This document shows positions 51,701-64,000 of a stretch of DNA of 64,000 bases, one piece after another (position 1 is the stretch's first letter; every line of letters begins with the position of its first letter). The stretch is taken from positions 81,716,001 through 81,780,000 of the forward strand of contig CM060732.1 of assembly GCA_030704615.1 (NCBI GenBank), given 5' to 3'. Source of the DNA: Takakia lepidozioides (taxonomy: Eukaryota; Plantae; Bryophyta). The translations under genes and the position numbers were made by a program. Under the pieces are notes generated by a model. That model worked only from the letters and a program-made list of their open reading frames with translations, was not told where the DNA came from and searched no databases.

Positions 51701-54700
51701 AGTTTAAATTTCAGTCTAGTGCCGAGAGTGGGTAGACCCTTGAGGTCATCCAAGATGTCCACCCCCATGTCACTGACTAGAAAGAAGTTCAGGGAAGTTC
51801 TCTGCCTAACTTCATTTCATCAGACAATCTCATGGCAACAAACATGGCTTCAGACACTACAGCCTCTAAGGCAGATTTATCCAGCAGGGTCAAGACTTGC
51901 GGATCCAGGTCCAGGTCCTTGAGAATCTTTTCTACTCTCTTCTGCCAGGACTTAGCCTGTTTGACAGGGCGGTCCTGTTTCCAAGATATAGAGTCGATCA
52001 ACTTAGGATATCTGGTGTTGGGCATATGTTGCAGCTGACCCCACCATCTGACCTTGAATTCATCTCGTCGGGAGCTTAAGGATGGAATGCCAAACTCACC
52101 CCGAACAACCACATTGGCTGTTTTGGAGCATGCTGACATACACTCCTTAAGCACCCCCACTTGAATGGATTCTAGAGACTTAGCCTGGTTGGAGCTATCA
52201 ACCCATATAGCAGATCTGTACTCCAAGGCAGGTCCCCCCTTAAAGAAAAGCCTTCAAGCACCTTGCGACAAGGTGAATGAACACTTTAGTTCACTCCACA
52301 GGCAACACCCCTTCAAGAAAAACCTGATTGCCGGGGACATAATTTGGAGAATTCAATGACAAAGCCTGGTGGCACTTCGTACTTCCCTCCTAACATGGTG
52401 TAAAATGGGGGAAATGGACACCCCATTATACATTGTACTCATAAGACGTTGTTTGCCGTAGCCTTCTGGCCATTGACCCCCCGCCCAGTTTGAGCGGGAA
52501 CAAAAGGAACAGAACCTACCTCAGTCAGGGGTTGACGTTGGTAGTAAGACTTACCTTCATATAAAGATTTAATCCGGGTTTTCCAGATATCCTCTAGAAA
52601 ACCCTTCACACAAGCATCAATCTGCTGGGTGTGATTTGCCCCAAAACTAGGCCTCAGGAGGGCCGCGGCTTTTGGCTCAGCCTCGAGAGTTTCAAAGTTG
52701 GTAAACAGGGGTACAGGCACAATTCCCTTGATTGAATTGAAGACAACGTCTCTTTGGTGAGAGAACCCCGGACAGTGTATCAGAAAATGAATATTGTCTT
52801 CAGATTGCCCACACTACGGACAATTGCACTCTCCCTTTCCTCTCTGCTTCTGTTTGTTGTTCAAAGGTAGGCTTCCTGCCCTGAGTTTAAATTTCAGTCT
52901 ACTTCCAACTTGTGGGTAGACCCTTGAGGTCATCCAAGATGTCCACCCCCATGTCACTGACTGGAAACAACTTCAGGGAAGTTCTCTGCCTAACTTCATT
53001 TTCATCAGACAATCTGATGGCAACAGACATGCCTTCAGACACTACAGCCTCTAAGTCAGATTTATCCAGCTGGGTCAATACTTGCGGATCCAGGTCCAGG
53101 TCCTTGAGAATCTTTTCTACTCTCTTCTGCCCACATTATAAACAACAATCAGCCAAGGCAAAGAGGGCAAAAAGGCTGGTGTGTGAACTTACAAGCCGAG
53201 CCTCAACAGATGCCTTCCCACCACGTCCTGTTTTTGAAGGCTTCTTGATTGATGAATTTGCAACCTTCATGAGGGCACTTTTTGCGTTGAATCCTGCTGT
53301 CTGCCAATACGATACCAGCCTGTCCCAATGAGCTTCCTTCAGATGCGCAGGCCTCCCCTCGCCTGCCTTGTACATTGCATGGATCTCGTGTCTTTGGGTT
53401 TTCAAGGCAATGCCAAGTGTCTTCCTCATGTGCTCATAGTCAAGACCACGTGGCGTGTACGCAAATGTAGAGTTTAGAATCCTATATATTTCTTCAATGA
53501 CAGATTCATCCTGCGCTGCAATATGCATTGACATGTCACACAAACGCCACATCTGGCCTTTGAGGGCTGCATGCCAGGTATTGCGTGCTGGTCCAATGGG
53601 CTCTCCAGCTTTGTCAACCGGAAGCACTTGAGGGGGGAGTCCATCTTCGTCTCGCGCATCATGGTTTCGGATTGCCTCTGCCCTGGCACGCCTGTTCGCC
53701 CGCCTCAAAGCATTAGCTCGCTCCTTCTTGGTCATAGGGGTCTCTTCCTTTGCCACCTCAGGTGGTGGGGCAGCTGGGGGTTGCCATGGGGAATGGGGGG
53801 CGGGACAGTATCGCCCACCGTATGGCCCAAAAGGTTCGTATGGTGGACGTGTAGATGCCGGGTAAGCATGTGGGTCTAGGAGGTAAGGGGGAATAGGTGG
53901 AGGAGAATGGGCATATGGCTGCTGTGGGTAACCACCTGGAGGGGGCTTGTATTGGATGTGCGGGTTGTAAGGGCCCGCAGCGCCATACTGATCGGGGGTG
54001 GGGTAGGCATGTGGGTAATGTGTGTACGGAGGGTACTGTGGAATAGGTCGTGGAGGTGGTCGTTCTGCGCTTGGGGACTTGTTTGTAGCAGGGTTGACTT
54101 GTTTGAACAACCCCCGCCCCGATGGACTGCCCACCACAGCTGCAGCGCCTTCGATGGAAGCTCGCCTCTTCCTGGCCTGCACAGAATAAAAACCAATTCA
54201 AACATTAAAGTCAATCAAAGCATTCAAATGAAATCATGGCAACTTAGAACAAATTAACGCCGTGCACCTGCCATTTTAAAGCTTTGATTGTACTCATCCT
54301 CCTATGAGCAGGTCCTCATCCCCTCAGACTCATCAGGTGCCCCACACTTCTGTTTACCCATTCAGAAAAGTGGGGGCTGAGCCAAATCTACATGGCCAAT
54401 TCCAAAGCCTACCTAGTGGGGAGACCTCAAAAACCATTGGCATGCTTGTATCAAAGCGTGCATACAAGTACTTGCATCAGTGGGTAGATGGACTCATTTG
54501 AATGGACATTGCATTTTAGTTGTAAACAGAAACATCACTATGTATCAACCTCTTAGTAAGAGCCTTTGACTTTAACCCAAACTATGTACACGATGAAGAT
54601 ATAGCAAAAGGGGTTGATTTCCTATCCCATTGTGGGGTTTCACTGCCTATATGCTCGGGCATCCCTTCCTTCCTACATCCCAATTTTTCTAGCAATGCCA

Positions 54701-55260
54701 TCTCCCCAATGTGAAATTCCCAAAGTGAGAACTTTCCAAATGTGATTGCATTCAAAGTTGTGCCACGTCCACTGCCAGATTTTCTGTGGCTTCCACCTTT
54801 CAACCTCTTCTGTGTGGGAAGTGCATTTACATCCTGGAATGCTAAGAAAGTCTCAGACACGTTCTGTACATTTGCATGCTTCCTTCATGGGTATGCTGAG
54901 CATGTGAATGCATAGAAATGCTGAAGATGTGGCGTCATAGTGAGGAGGTGCTTACAGATGGTGATTTTGCCGGCGACGGGCGTTTCTGGGGAAGCGAGGG
55001 TGCAGGAGCTGGGTGGCGAAGAATATCTTCGCTAGAATCGCCAGTGTGCTCGCCCGCAGGGACACACAACAAATCCTCCTCCTCGTCTTCGTCTACATAC
55101 TGTCGTGCCTCGTCGGCCATTGTTTCTAGCCTTCCACTGCGTCTGGGTGGTCCCGTGGGTAGTGGAGGTCGACGGCAAGCACGCTTTGGTTTCGGAGCAA
55201 GAAGCCTGCAATCCTCGCCCCATGAAGAAATTAACCAATCCCGCTCTCTTCATGGTGCGC
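48782..55260 (-). CDS. CACTA TnpA-like spliced gene with embedded NIF/FCP1-type HAD domain
   Basis: Exons: P/Y-rich plus Transposase_24-like (RPAHLKEAHWDRLVSYW...SKTGRGG, 54177-53195); NIF (KHLLILDINGLL, RPGCKAFL, KNLSTVW, TLLVDDTPHK, about 50175-49600); TNP1-like (VPEGYVAIHIDDV...LPY...LGDTVGYITVW, 49090-48782). Exon joins are inferred. Confidence 0.7.
51340..53135 (-). mobile_element. Two tandem truncated copies of a LINE 3' region in a TnpA intron
   Basis: RT C-terminal region (VVRGEFGIPSLSSRRD) and zinc finger CPLCGQSEDSIHFLIHC; 51370-51940 repeated at 52570-53130. Confidence 0.8.
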
Positions 55261-55779
55261 CATGATAGTGTGGAGACAGGCGTCGCCTCACAACCATCAT
55301 TCTGTGTACTTAGCAATGCAATCCCAACACTGGGAATGTAGAAAAACTCGTAAACCCAAAAGACAAGGATGCGGGCAATTTCAGGCTAAACCGTAGACCT
55401 CTCACATTTAAAAAAAAAAACCCTAATGACAAGCCCCTGCAATGCGATGTCTGACAACCCCAAACTAAAGTATTCGGGTCAGTTGAGCACTCCGGTTGAG
55501 GTGGAATGCTCTCCTGCGAGATTTAGGCCACAACACTAGGGTGAGCCGCCTCTCAGTATACTCACAGTGGGTGCGAACCAAACAACTCCGCCTCAACCTC
55601 TTTGTTGCGAGCAATGCAGGTCTCCCTTAGCTTCTCATACGCAGTCAGAGGACCGCACGGGGAGGGCCTGACCATGGCAGTCTGACATCAGCTGCAAAGA
55701 CCCTTGCACACCCCCTGTGTAAGTACAATGTATACAACGAGAGCGGGGTTTCGGCTAACAGCTCAACGACTCCGTGTGC

Positions 55780-58700
55780 GCAGGAAAGATGAGAAACTGT
55801 GGCGACTAGAGGAGGCGCATGCCATTGCACAAGGGCACCGCAAAATATTGTGCAACTGCAAAATATGCCATGGAGGGATCTCGCAGTTTCTACCGATGGC
55901 CAAAAAACACCTAACAAAGTATGGGAGGGACCCAAACCTTCGACAGTGTACAGTCCCGGTACGCCTTGCACGACGCACGCACTCTGACATGCTCGCAGCA
56001 CGCCCGCGCATGTCCGCATTTTGGACAGTCGTGGGAGTGACTGGAGTCCGAACTACGTGTCGTTCTTCCGTTGGATGTATTGGAGTCATGGAGTCGTAGT
56101 GATGGAGTCATGTAGTCGGTAGTGCGTCAGAGTAGTCATGTCCATGACTTCATGACCGTGGATCATGGACATTTCAACTACGTGGTGTTCTTCCATTGGT
56201 TGTACTGGAGTCATGTAGTCAGGGTCATGACTACATGGTCGTTGTTGACTGCCATGTGTGAAGGCAATATGCATTTTGGGCTTTTGGCAGTTTGTTGCCA
56301 TGTGTCATGCCTTCAACGCACTGCCCACTTGGGCATATTTGTTGAGAGCTTTCACTTTGTTGGTCTGTGCAGATAGCTGTCTGTATGTGGGGATGTCTCC
56401 CTCTATCACAAGGGTATGTTTGTTTTGTTTTTCGATGAAAACTGTGTTCCTACTTTGCCGTATTATATGAGAGTAGTTTTCATTTGTGTTTGTGTCTGAG
56501 CTCCACAAGCTGCTTCGAAATGAAGTCTGTGGCCGACCAATTTCGTCTCCTGATTCGCAAGTGCGGGGGAGACTTGTAGCATTCACCTGTATTGAACTAG
56601 TGCAATTCTACAAAGTGTTTGCTTACATGACAGTGTTTAAATGAAATTTCATAATCTGGGAGTTTTGAAAAAAGCCTGTTCATCGTATCCCAATTTATGA
56701 TTTCATTTGCGTTCACAGGGCTACATTACATCCGACTCTGAAGTGGAGGCTGAATGTAGCCTAGAGAGTGTTGCAAACGACGTCAATTTGGATGGACAAG
56801 ACGGCAATGGGCTACGGGGCCAGATTGCCCGTGCTGTGCAAGATGCATTTGAAATATCAGATACCCTCCGGGAGAATCCCACACCTGCCCCAAATGCCCT
56901 TCACTTGGACAATGATGAGGCTGTTGAGAATGGCGCAAATCCCTCTGAAATGCCTGATGGGGAAAATATGGGCGGAGAAGAAGCAGGCGCGCCAAATGAT
57001 CTTCACCATGGAAAACTCATGCGAGAGTCCCAAATCCCCTTATACGATGGGAGCGTTCACAACCGATTGACTGCCACATTGATGTTGCTCAATTCTTGCG
57101 CCACTCACAGATGTACCAACGCATTTGTGGATGAGTTATTTTCATTGTTGAGGCTGGAGATTTTGCCCAAACAAAACACCTTGCCGAAATCGCAGTATGA
57201 GGCAAAAATATGATCGCCATGATGGGTCTAGGATACAAACAGATCCATGCCTGTGAGCGTGGATGTGTATTGTTTCGTGGAGACCTCAAAAAGGCTGCTA
57301 ATTGCCCCAAGTGCCATAGTCGTCGATACATGGACGGCCGTGGGAAGGTGCCCAAGAAGGTGTTGCGATACTTTCCTCTCATACCTAGATTGAAACGGAT
57401 GTTTCGAGTTAAGACGCTGGCAGAGCTCATGAAGTGGCACAACAATCATAGAAGTGCAGATGGCATGGTCCGGCATGCTGCAGACAGTAAGGCTTGGTGC
57501 CATATTGACAACACATGGCCGGATTTTGCTTCAGATCCAAGAAATCTGCGTCTTGGATTGGCACTGGATGGGGTCAATCCTTATGGCACCAAATCCACTT
57601 CTTGGTCCACCTGGCCCATCATGATGCTCAATTATAATCTACCTCCATGGTTGGTAACGAAGAAATTTTTTGTCATGTTAACACTCCTCATTCCTGGAAA
57701 GGAATCTATGACAAGTGAAAATGTGGATGTTTACCTGCAACCACTAGTGGAGGAGCTAACGACATTGTGGGTGGGAGTTGCAGCCGTGGATGTGGCAGCC
57801 ATTGAAGGAGAGCGGGCTTTTAACATGCGTGCAGTCCTCATGTGGTCCATACATGACTTCCCCGCCTATGGCTTGTTATCAGGTCAGGTTCACCAAGGGT
57901 ACTGTGCTTGTCCAGCATGTGGACCTCAAGTCGATTCCAGATATTCCCCAGCTTGTAAGAAATTGATATTCCAGGGGCATCGACGCTATCTTCCCCACAA
58001 TCATGCCTATAGAAGATCCAGACTTTTTAATGGGGCGCGAGACATGAGACCTGCTCCACATACAGTGACAGCCACCGAAATCAAGGAGCGTGCACGACAT
58101 TACAAACAATGGATTGATGATGGTGGGACTGTAGGCGCACAAAACGATCCTTCCAAGCTCCATGGCGTAAAACGATTGTCCATTCTGTTTGACTTGCGTT
58201 ACTGGGAGGTGCGATTACCACACATGTGTTTGGGAACAAAACAGTGCATTGGTTTTTCATTGTGCATGATTGTTTGTTTACTGAACCTGTGCTGTAAACA
58301 TCATTCATGACTGCATTGCAATGTGCCTAATTTGTTAGACCACATGGTGCAGCATCTTATCATCCGCCACACTTTTGATACCATGCATTGCGAGAAGAAC
58401 GTGACGGAGAACATAATCAAGACTATTTTCGGCGAGAAGGACACGATGCAAGTTCGCCGCGATATGGAATTGCAGGGCATTCAAAAGCCTCTTTGGTTAC
58501 GACGCCATCCCACCAGAGTGGATACATTAGTAATGCCTGATGCGCCATATGTGCTCACAAAACCAGAGCAGCGGGTGTTCCTGGAGATTATCACGAATCT
58601 GAAAGTACCCACTGGCTATGCCTCTGCTTTCAAAAAACATGTGGTCAAACAAAAGTTGAGCCAATTGAAGTCACATGATTATCACGTGCTAATGCAACAG

Positions 58701-59100
58701 ATCCTCCCACTTGCTCTACGTGGGTTGATGGCGCCTGGGGTTCGCAATGCCATACTAAGAGTGTCCCGTGTGTTTCGCAAGCTTTGTGCAAAATTCATTG
58801 ATCCCACCGAGCATGAGGAATTGAAGAAGGAGGTGGCAGTGACTCTTTGTCTTCTGGAGAAAGAGTTCCCACCCTCATTTTTTGATGTTATGACACATTT
58901 ACTTATCCACTTGGTGGATGAGGTGGATTTGTGTGGACCTGTAGCTTCTCGGTGGATGTACCCGGTGGAGAGAGCAATGAAGGATTTTAAAGGGTATGTG
59001 CGAAACTTGGCGAAGCCTGAGGGCAGTATGGCGGAGGGCTACGTGTTTGACGAGGCATTGGGATTTTGTACAGTGTACTTGTCTTCTGTTGATGCTACTA
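55780..59100 (+). pseudogene. CACTA TnpD-type transposase 2, truncated before DUF4216
   Basis: CNCKICHGG exon, IHACERGC, DPRNLRLGLALDGVNP, YNLPPW, DTMHCEKNV, LKSHDYH, RWMYPVER; frameshift near 57210; intron 58209-58352. Confidence 0.92.
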
Positions 59101-61052
59101 GGCGGAAAATCGGAAGCGGAGGGAAATGAAGTTTGAGGCAGGCACAGAGGTCTGGTTGAAAATCAAGAATTTCCGACTACCTCCGGAAGTGAGGCCGAAG
59201 TTCGTACCTCCGTATGCGGGACCCTTTCGCATTCAGAAGGTTATGAATGAGGATGTGTATGAATTGGAGCTGCCGGCAAACAGCAAGGTGCACCCAGTAT
59301 TCCATGTCTCCCTTTTGAAGCCTTACTTCAAAGATGAAGCGCGTCCGAATCGGCATCAAGTGTTGCGTCCGCCACCTATGCTGTTGGATCATGAAAATGA
59401 ACCTGAGTACGAGGTGGAGGCAATACTTAAGTCGAGGAGGTTCAGGAACCGAGAAACGGAGTATCTCGTCAAATGGAAGGGCTATCATCATGTGGAGGCA
59501 TCTTGGGTGCGTGCCTCAGAAATGGGAAACGCACCCGAGGCGGTTGCAGCTTTCGAAGGGCGGCCTCAAAAGCGGAAGAAGCATTGATGGGGACATCAAC
59601 CTTGGAGCGTGGGGGAGGAAATGCATGCTTAGCCCGGCTTAGCTAGCTTAGGAAGCCGATTGCAAAAAAACTTGTATTGTACAAAACGTGCTATAAATGA
59701 AATGGCTTCCAAATGTTGTGCGTCCTATTTTGTTTGGAATGGTGATGCATGGTATGGTTGGCTAGTGTGTAGAATGCATGCTAGCTTATAAAAGTGGGAG
59801 AGGTAAATTGGGTTAATTGTGTGTTTGCGTAGTGCCGAAATCGGGTGACCCCCATCCAAGAGGCAAAGAAACTTGCGCCTTCTTTGGGAGTTCACGTGCT
59901 AGTGCGCACCTGGCGCGTGCGCGTACTATAACTGCGCTACCGAGGGGGTTGCCTTGTAGTGCAGGCTAACGCGGAAGCTACATGCTTCCGTTCACGTACT
60001 ATAATCGTGTAGCCTCGGGACGAAGTCGTAGTGCGGCTTCGGCGTGTTCCCGTACCTCAGGCCAGCATTCCAAGGCGGACCCAATTGTAGTGATTGGGGC
60101 GCACGGTTGGTTCAAGGTTATCTTCCTAGTCAAAGAGGGTTCCAGGTGAACCCTTGCTCAAGGTGATGTCAAAAGCGGCATCATGAGCGGTCGCAAGCAA
60201 TGTTGTTGCAGTAAGGCGATTCGATCCTCGGGGAGGATCATTCCTTGGCCTTGAAGTAGGCCAAGAAGAGTGCATTGGGAGGAGCTGGAGAGGCTCCACC
60301 CTTGGCCGGGACTTGGAGGAAGTCGGCCGAACTAGCTAGTGGAGAGTAGAGTCAAGTGTGGGGTTTGGTTCTTTGCCATGGGACGCCATGGTACGGAAAC
60401 AAACTCCTTGATGTGGGACGCCACAACTTGGATGTTCGTTTCTACAAAATGGACAAGTCGATGAGGACATCGACTCCCTGTTGGTAGGGGTGTGTGTCGC
60501 GGCCCTTTGCCTTGAGGGCAGGGGGTCGGGACACATGAGGGGCTGCCCCTGTGGTGGGGGCAGCGGCAGCAATAGGTATGAGGGGGCTGAAGCGCCCTTG
60601 AGTGCCCAAGGCACTCAGGGAAGCGGAGGCGCTCACTAGGTGGAGCCTTGCACCTGACCGGGAGTCGAGGGTTTTCGTGGTGGTTCGCCATAAAATGGCA
60701 TGGCTGGTTGTGAAACCCCCGCGGACAGCTACATAAGTATATATAGGGAGTAGTAACCCTGAGAACGGTGCAAGCCCGTTGGTGACCAAAAACTAGTGAG
60801 TAAGCGAGCGAGCCGGAAAGCGATCAAAGAGTGGGGAGCTGTTCCGGACTGCCAACTACCAAAGGGAATTCCCGCTGGTTCCAAATCGGTGGAGGGTTCT
60901 TTGGGAGAACAAAGGGGGACCGTTATGCCCCGGTGAGCAGCTGAAGCTCCAAGTTGGCCCGGCGGCCAGGTTCGGAGTCAGGCGCGCGCATCAAAGCGAG
61001 TAACTATGACTTGAGGGGGAGCTTACCGAATTGAGGTGCGCGACACATAACA
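59101..61052 (+). mobile_element. Gypsy chromovirus 3' end: integrase C-terminus, chromodomain, PPT and 3' LTR
   Basis: YAGPFRI...VHPVFHVSLLKPY, EYEVEAILKSR...YLVKWKGY...SW; polypurine tract gggggaggaa at 59611-59620; LTR TG(59622)...ATAACA(61052). Confidence 0.88.
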
Positions 61053-61102
61053 AGTTGCCAAAACAAAATTATTCACACAACAGTTAAGACATATGTGCTT
61101 AC

Positions 61103-64000
61103 CTGAGTGAGGAACGAAACAAGCATGTCCCATGATTTCGAGGGCACCCCTTTGAATGTGGACTTCCTGGATTCCATCATTGCCAGAAAACTTTCATTCA
61201 CTACCTTACGATGGAACTGGCCCAAAACCCTGGATGGATGTTCTCTCGCATCGAAAGGCTGCTCCCTCGACTTTGCTGTACTCCTATCCCTCCTAGTTGG
61301 AGAAGGCTGTCTTTCAGTGACCTTTGACAGGCTCTGTTCCTGCGGAGCTGCACTCTTCCCCTTCCCCTTCGGATCCTCGACAATCTTCCCCTTCCGTTTT
61401 GGAGTAGCAGATTTCTCAGGCTCTTTTGCAGCCAGAGCAGCACTGATTCTGTCCTGAATGTCTTTGTCAGCTAGTGGGGCAAGTGCCGCGGCGTTGTCGT
61501 TAAGGTTTCTCAAAACAACTTCATCGAATGGTGTGTCCTGTTTTGGCAGATTGAGGTACCACCCACAATCTCTGAAGTGCGCCCTGCTCCAGTCTCTAGC
61601 AATACCAGCCGTGTACATTGTCTTGTCATTGGAGGGGTCAGCCCATGAGTAGATGAAGTTTGGGTCATCGCTAAGGTACTTTACCGGTATGAGGACATGA
61701 TACATGTACCTGAATGACACACTTACCCAAAATCCAGACAGTCAATCGATCTGATCAGGACATAGATCACAGATCACGAAAATGGTATTGGCATGCAGGT
61801 CAGTAACACTGATAAACTAACGTTTGAAAGCCCGAATCAACCTTGCGTTGACGCAATGTTGATTCGAGCTGAAATGGAAAACACCAAATTTGGAGAACTG
61901 CACTTTCAACAAGCACCTACGAGAGGGAAAGCCCATTATCCTAAAACATCTCATGCACAACATGGAACCCCAATCAACCTTGCGTTGACGCAAAGAAGAT
62001 TGGCAGATACACCTATGATAATGTAGCATTGAAAGAGACAGTGATTGACAACGGAATTCAACATTGCGTCAACACAAGGTTGTTTTCATTAACACATGAA
62101 ATGGAAAACAGTGCTTGAAAACAACCATCCGAAGATCTGCTGGTATGGATATTCAACCTTGCGTTGACGCAAGGTTGAATTCCTCTGCTGAAACACCTGT
62201 CCATGGTATTTGATAACCTTAACTTTCCTACAATTGTATGGAAATCGGGGTATTTCTGCGGGACATTTCTAGCAATCCATACCGTCAAACAACGTTGCGT
62301 CAACGCAAGGCTGTTTGTTGGTACAGTGTAAGCTCTAAACAACATTTCAAACAGACTCCAAACAGACTTTCAGTTCATCCTGGCAGCATTGGAACTGGAA
62401 ACCACCAAAAAAACAGTCCAAGAACACAGGAAAACCTACATAGCCTAGCCCTTCATCAACCTTGTGTTGACGCAAGGTTGATTTGCCGCCCTTTCACATG
62501 CAGAAAAATGACATCATTGGATACCCCAGGTACATGAAAGTGAAACCAAAACAACGGGATACAAGCTTGCGTTAACGCAATGTTGCTCGGCTGCACGTCC
62601 AGAGCCTTCAGAGCTCCCTCAAAACCTCCAAATTCGCAGTTCTACATGGAAAAAACGACACAAGAATACAAAAACATACACTTCAAGTACCAGATTTGTT
62701 TCTTGGAGGTCACACCTGTACAACACTCGTTTCATTGCTTGCTCGCTATTGTACTGGTTTTTGAATTCATAGGACCTGGAGATTCCTTTGTCTCTCTCGA
62801 ACTCCCTGAAGAAACAGTTGTTCCAGACAGCGAGCTTCCATCTCCTGATATAGGCCTCCAGTGTGATCCGGGGGCAAGCCATCTGGATTTTGTAGTCTGC
62901 CATTGACTCCCCAAGTGCAGCCACCGCTCGTTTTTCCAAACTGCAGCAAGAAAGATCATAAGAATCGTGGAGAGAGCACGGAACAGCACAAGCATTTAAA
63001 AATGGTTTTGTGGAAACCTTACCTAGCTCCAGAAGGTTGCTTTGTGTAGCCACTGGTCGAATGTGTGGTCGCTAACAACTTTTATTGCTTGTGTCTTCGA
63101 GTCCCTCTCAGGAGATGGGAACATGTTGGTGTCTCTCACAAGTGGATCGGAATTCCAGATCTCCAACCACCTGATTTTGGTTGCATTGTCCACCATTGAA
63201 ATGGAAAGGCGATGCAGTTTCTCTTGGGTCATCTCTGGCTTGGAGCCATACTTGTCATAATGTGCTTTCACCTGTTCCAGAAATTCCGTGCCAAGACTTG
63301 GATCTACTATGCGGATTTGTTTGTCGAACGCACTCATGAGGTTCTTCCTTTGATTGTTCATCTCGAATTCCATAATGTCCTCAAGCCCAGTTGCCTCTGC
63401 TCTTCTGTGTGGGAAGCATAGTACTCTGCTTTCGCCTTCAAACCAGTTTCTGCTATTTCTTGCTACATACATTACAGGGAGAAAGAATCAAACACTGCCG
63501 TTTCTTGATAAAATTTGCAGTAACAACAATCAAAAAGATGTCAAGAAGCTTACCGTGTACATGTAATCAAGAAAAGCCTCCCTTGTCAGGCTGTACCATG
63601 TGCTTGTCTTCTTTTCAGCACACCTATTCATTTGTTGAGGACTGAGCACGTTCGTGAATGACTCCAGTGGCATCAGCCTTATCTTCTGGATACGGAATAG
63701 AGTGTGGCAAAGATTTGTCGTCACATGGGAGGTTTCATTGGACCTGGAAAAACCTTCAACTCATAAGATGATTTCTAATTGTGCAAACGCAAATCGGAAC
63801 GGGAACAATGTTGGTAACTTACTTGTTTATGTCGTGCATGGCTGTCAAGATCTGCGTGACATGTCCTTTGTGGTCGAGTACCATGGAAACAACGCTCCAG
63901 TGCTATTTGATCTCGTCCGAGTGCAAGCTTGAAATGTTATCCATCCAGGCAAACAGTCTATGGTTCCTATCCCAGACAAAAAACATCTTTCCCATAAACT
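61103..64000 (-). pseudogene. Spliced gene with ParB/Srx-like motif; runs off the window
   Basis: GT-AG exons about 64000-63822 (MFFVWDRNHRLFAW...LTAMHDIN), 63743-63554, 63462-63023, 62945-62680, 61709-61103; DRNHR is one transition from DGNHR; internal stops and a frameshift. Confidence 0.55.
61833..62585. repeat. Intronic array of seven spaced palindromes, consensus CAACCTTGCGT-YR-ACGCAAGGTTG
   Basis: Centres at about 61850, 61987, 62071, 62166, 62302, 62469, 62574 with largely unrelated sequence between them. Confidence 0.92.

Larger units (their letters stand above)
47573..59100. mobile_element. CACTA transposon 2, right end lost
   Basis: Left TIR CACTACAACAAAAAG at 47573, CACGTG-rich subterminal region, divergent TnpA- and TnpD-like genes; truncated at the Gypsy junction. 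Confidence 0.85.

Noticed and set aside
61833-62585. CRISPR array
   Set aside because: Spacing is irregular and long (84-167 bp), repeats occur in both orientations and are degenerate, the array lies in a eukaryotic intron, and no cas genes are visible.

Overview
Eukaryotic nuclear DNA from a land plant, probably a bryophyte (inferred from spliceosomal introns, plastid-targeted proteins, PLS-type PPR fragments and TE types). The window is dominated by nested transposons. Host-type genes: an N-terminal UDP-glycosyltransferase (505-1095), an intronless chloroplast DnaJ8-like gene (6049-6558), the 3' six exons of a plastid pyruvate dehydrogenase E2 gene (12220-14970) and scattered PPR pseudogene fragments. 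Mobile elements: nested hAT MITEs, two tRNA-derived SINEs, a full-length CACTA with TIRs and CCT target duplication (22036-35826), a second truncated CACTA (47573-59100), LINE fragments, a chromovirus Gypsy 3' end with LTR, and an 8.4 kb dual-endonuclease (Dualen/RandI-type) LINE. Most unusual: (1) a decayed, intron-containing ParB/Srx-like gene and two prokaryote-type beta-class N6A/N4C DNA methyltransferase-like relics, possibly parts of one ParB-MTase gene family, accompanied by intronic arrays of a hairpin-conserved palindrome (TTGCGT-YR-ACGCAA); (2) a PCIF1-like methyltransferase relic and a structured 3' RNA end in the Dualen LINE; (3) an FCP1/NIF-type HAD phosphatase domain embedded in the TnpA-like gene of both CACTA elements. 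All domain calls are by eye from motifs; no searches were run.
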